Part shown: positions 61,261-64,000 of the stretch, piece by piece
Layout of the letters: every line of letters begins with the position of its first letter
How positions within the stretch are numbered: the first letter of the stretch is position 1
From: Octopus sinensis
Lineage: Eukaryota
Assembly (NCBI RefSeq): GCF_006345805.1
Contig: NC_043020.1
Location: 16,616,001-16,680,000, forward strand
Direction of reading: 5' to 3'
Length of the DNA stretch: 64,000 bases
Notes under the pieces: generated by a model
Told to the model about the DNA's origin: nothing
Seen by the model: only the letters and a program-made list of their open reading frames with translations
The model's database searches: none
Made by a program: the position numbers and the translations under genes

Positions 61261-61349
61261 ATGTATAAATTGGTTCTTCAATGATGCAATCACTTGTTTC
61301 AACACTTAGACTCAAATCAAGGCTAGACAAGAACAACTCTGAAATGAAT

Positions 61350-61560
61350 TGGTTTCAAATTTTGGCTCAAGGCCAGCAGTTTCAGTGGGTCGGCTAAGTC
61401 GATTACATCATCTGCTGTACTCATCTGGTAGTTATTTTATCGACTTCAAAAGAACGAAAGGAAAGTCAACCTTAGCAGAATTTGAACCCAGAATGTAACA
61501 ATGGATGAAATACTGCCAAGCTTTTTGCCCAGCATTCTAATGATTCTGCCAACACGTCAT
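61350..61560 (-). mobile_element. F2 SINE, diverged
   Basis: ggtttcaaattttggctcaaggcc...aaagtcaaccttagcagaatttgaac. Confidence 0.7.
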
Positions 61561-62377
61561 CTTAAATCTGAATTAAATTAATTATAAGTTAATAACATGT
61601 GTGTTTGTGTAAGTATGTGGGTACATGTTATACTTTTTATATCTGGTACCATACTAAATTCAATTTCTAATAGTACTTGTTCATTCTCACTAACTTACAA
61701 ACATACAGAAATAACCACACACATGCACACGCATGTATACACATGCACATACTTTCATCTATTTTGACTGAGGTTTTATGAAAATTTTCATAATTTAATC
61801 TTTAATCAAGACCTGTCTCTTCAAGCCTCATACAAAAAAAAAACATTTTAGTCATTTGAGTTTATGAAAGACTATGTGATAACTGTGTTTGTGTGTACAC
61901 ACCACACATATCTCATGAGACTTTATCACTTGATTCAAAATAATGTTGACTCTTCTTGTTTTGTATACTTATTTAGTTTGGCATTTTTTTTTTTTTTTTG
62001 GTTTTTTCTTGTTCTTTCTCCCATTTTTTTTGGGTGTTTTTAAACTTTTATTGTGATATTCAACTGAAAGAAATAATCAACACCGCCATCATCTTTATTC
62101 TCACCATCATCACCATCGCCATCATAATTTCCATTGTTTGCTTTGACATCGTAATCTTCAACTGTACTCCCACCTTCGCTGTCGTTCTCAATAACAATAT
62201 GTTTTCACTTAAATCTGTATCACCAAAGCAAAATATAATATGGGTGGGTGTTCATGAATCTGTACAACCAAAATAATGCAGCGCGTATGTGTGCGTGCAT
62301 GTATGTATATTGCTAAAACATTTTGTGTTTGCGTATGTTTTGTGTATCTGTATAATTGAAAAAATATAGTGAGTGTT

Positions 62378-62380
<3 letters not shown>

Positions 62381-62439
<59 letters not shown>

Positions 62440-62598
62440 TTCTAGTGTGAGCATTTTTGTACACAAATACCCATTATAAATATAGTGGGAGTATTTGTGT
62501 GTGTGTGTGTATATATATATATATAGAGAGAGAGAGGGGGGATTCTAGTGTGAGCATTTTTGTACACAAATACCCACTGTAAATATAGTGGGAGTATT

Positions 62599-62644
<46 letters not shown>

Positions 62645-62718
62645 TTCTAGTGTGAACATTTTTGTACACAAATACCCATTGTAAATATAGTGGGAGTAAT
62701 TGTGTGTGTATGTGTGTG

Positions 62719-62751
<33 letters not shown>

Positions 62752-62820
62752 GAAAGAGAGAGAGAGATTCTAGTGTGCGCATTTTTGTACACAAATACCC
62801 ACTGTAAATATAGTGTGAGT
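62381..62820 (+). repeat. Tandem array of four ~100-120 nt units, each with a (GT)n(AT)n(AG)n compound microsatellite
   Basis: Core gattctagtgtgagcatttttgtacacaaatacccactgtaaatatagtgggagtattt repeated 4 times; degenerate ~40-nt subunits continue to ~63070. Confidence 0.92.
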
Positions 62821-63091
62821 ATATGTGTATCTACATAAGTAAAATAATAGTGTGGGTGTTTAGGTATTTATGTAAATAAAACAATATCGTGTGGGTATTT
62901 GTGTATCTATATCATTAAAATAATCAATGTGTGTTTGTATATCTATATAACTAAAATAACAGTGTGAGGACATTTGTGTATCTATATGACTAAAATAATA
63001 AGATGTGAGCATTTGTATGTCTATATAAGTAAAATTATAATGTGAAGTGTTTATGTATCTATATAATTAGTATGGGTTTTTGTATATCTAT

Positions 63092-63325
63092 ATCATCATC
63101 ATCATCATCATCATTAACGTCCGCTTTCCATGCTAGCATGGGTTGGACGGTTCAACTGGGGTCTGGGGAGCCCGAAGGCTGCACCAGGCCAGTCAGATCT
63201 GGCAGTGTTTCTACAGCTGGATGCCCTTCCTAACGCCAACCACTCCGAGAGTGTAGTGGGTGATTTTATGTGCCACCGACACAGGTGCCAGACGAGGCTG
63301 GCAGACGGCCACGCTCGGATGGTGT
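63092..63325 (-). mobile_element. F3 (RTE 3'-UTR) copy
   Basis: (TCA)n then ttaacgtccgctttccatgctagc...ggatgcccttcctaacgcc. Confidence 0.85.
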
Positions 63326-63594
63326 TTAAAATAATTGGTGTGTGTGTGTATTTGTATATCTATATCACTACAATAGTGTCTGGTATATGTAAATTGTGCG
63401 TGAAAGTCAAACTATGTTTGACCTTGAAAAATATTTTCTTCCTTATAAGTAAAACTGTATCTGGAGAACACATGATGATACTGTGAGTTTAGTTGTGTTG
63501 TTGAAACACTACATTTTCTTATGTTAAAAGTTAAAACACAGTTTTGCATCCTATGACATGAAGGGAAGGGAATACTACAAAAAGTGTGTGGGCA

Positions 63595-63752
63595 TGTATG
63601 TGTATCTATATATATATATGCATATATACATATATATATATATATATATGTGTATGTGTATGTGTGTGTATATATATGTATATATACATATATACATATA
63701 TATATATATGCATATATACATATATATATATGTATGTGTATGTGTGTGTATA

Positions 63753-63783
<31 letters not shown>

Positions 63784-63873
63784 GCATATATACATATATA
63801 TATGTGTATGTGTGTGTATATATATGTATATATACATATATGTATATATACATATATATATATACATATATAC

Positions 63874-63918
<45 letters not shown>

Positions 63919-64000
63919 ATGTGTATGTGTGTGTGTATATATATGTATATATACATATATAATATATGCATATGTGTGTGTGTGTGTGTGTGTGTGTGTA
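63595..64000. repeat. Long compound (TA)n/(TATG)n/(TG)n microsatellite
   Basis: Direct reading. Confidence 0.95.

Noticed and set aside
63412-63971. YI/HT-repeat ORFs (also 52411-52888, 30973-31292, 62209-62794)
   Set aside because: Dinucleotide microsatellite artefacts.

Overview
AT-rich, repeat-dense animal genomic DNA. It is most likely octopod cephalopod, inferred from the SINE families, microsatellite load and giant introns. The only host gene I can support is tomosyn (STXBP5/STXBP5L orthologue) on the + strand. Three GT-AG exons (11250-11384, 42545-42608, 55191-55274) splice in frame to ITYCHLPFQSKWFYIGTERGNVHIVNIETFSLSGYVINWNKAIEL-SRKTHPGPVVHLEDNPIDPSR-LLIGFESGIVVVWDLKNKTAELRFSTPE, separated by introns of 31,160 and 12,582 nt. 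The rest is intronic mobile-element material: a decayed full-length Ty3/Gypsy LTR element, two abundant tRNA-headed SINE families (my labels F1 and F2), RTE 3' ends (F3), CR1/Jockey-like LINE remnants, non-autonomous Helitrons, TTAA (piggyBac-type) and TA (Tc1-type) MITEs, piggyBac, mariner and hAT transposase relics, minisatellites and microsatellites. The most interesting signals are RNA-level. There are several minimal type-I hammerhead ribozyme motifs of Penelope-like style: an apparently intact one with a compensatory G3-C8 core inside a fold-back element (49723-49773, -), and one on the tomosyn sense strand (21132-21176). A SINE subfamily also inserts repeatedly, antisense, into older copies of its own family. 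All calls are by eye with no database search, and repeat boundaries are approximate.
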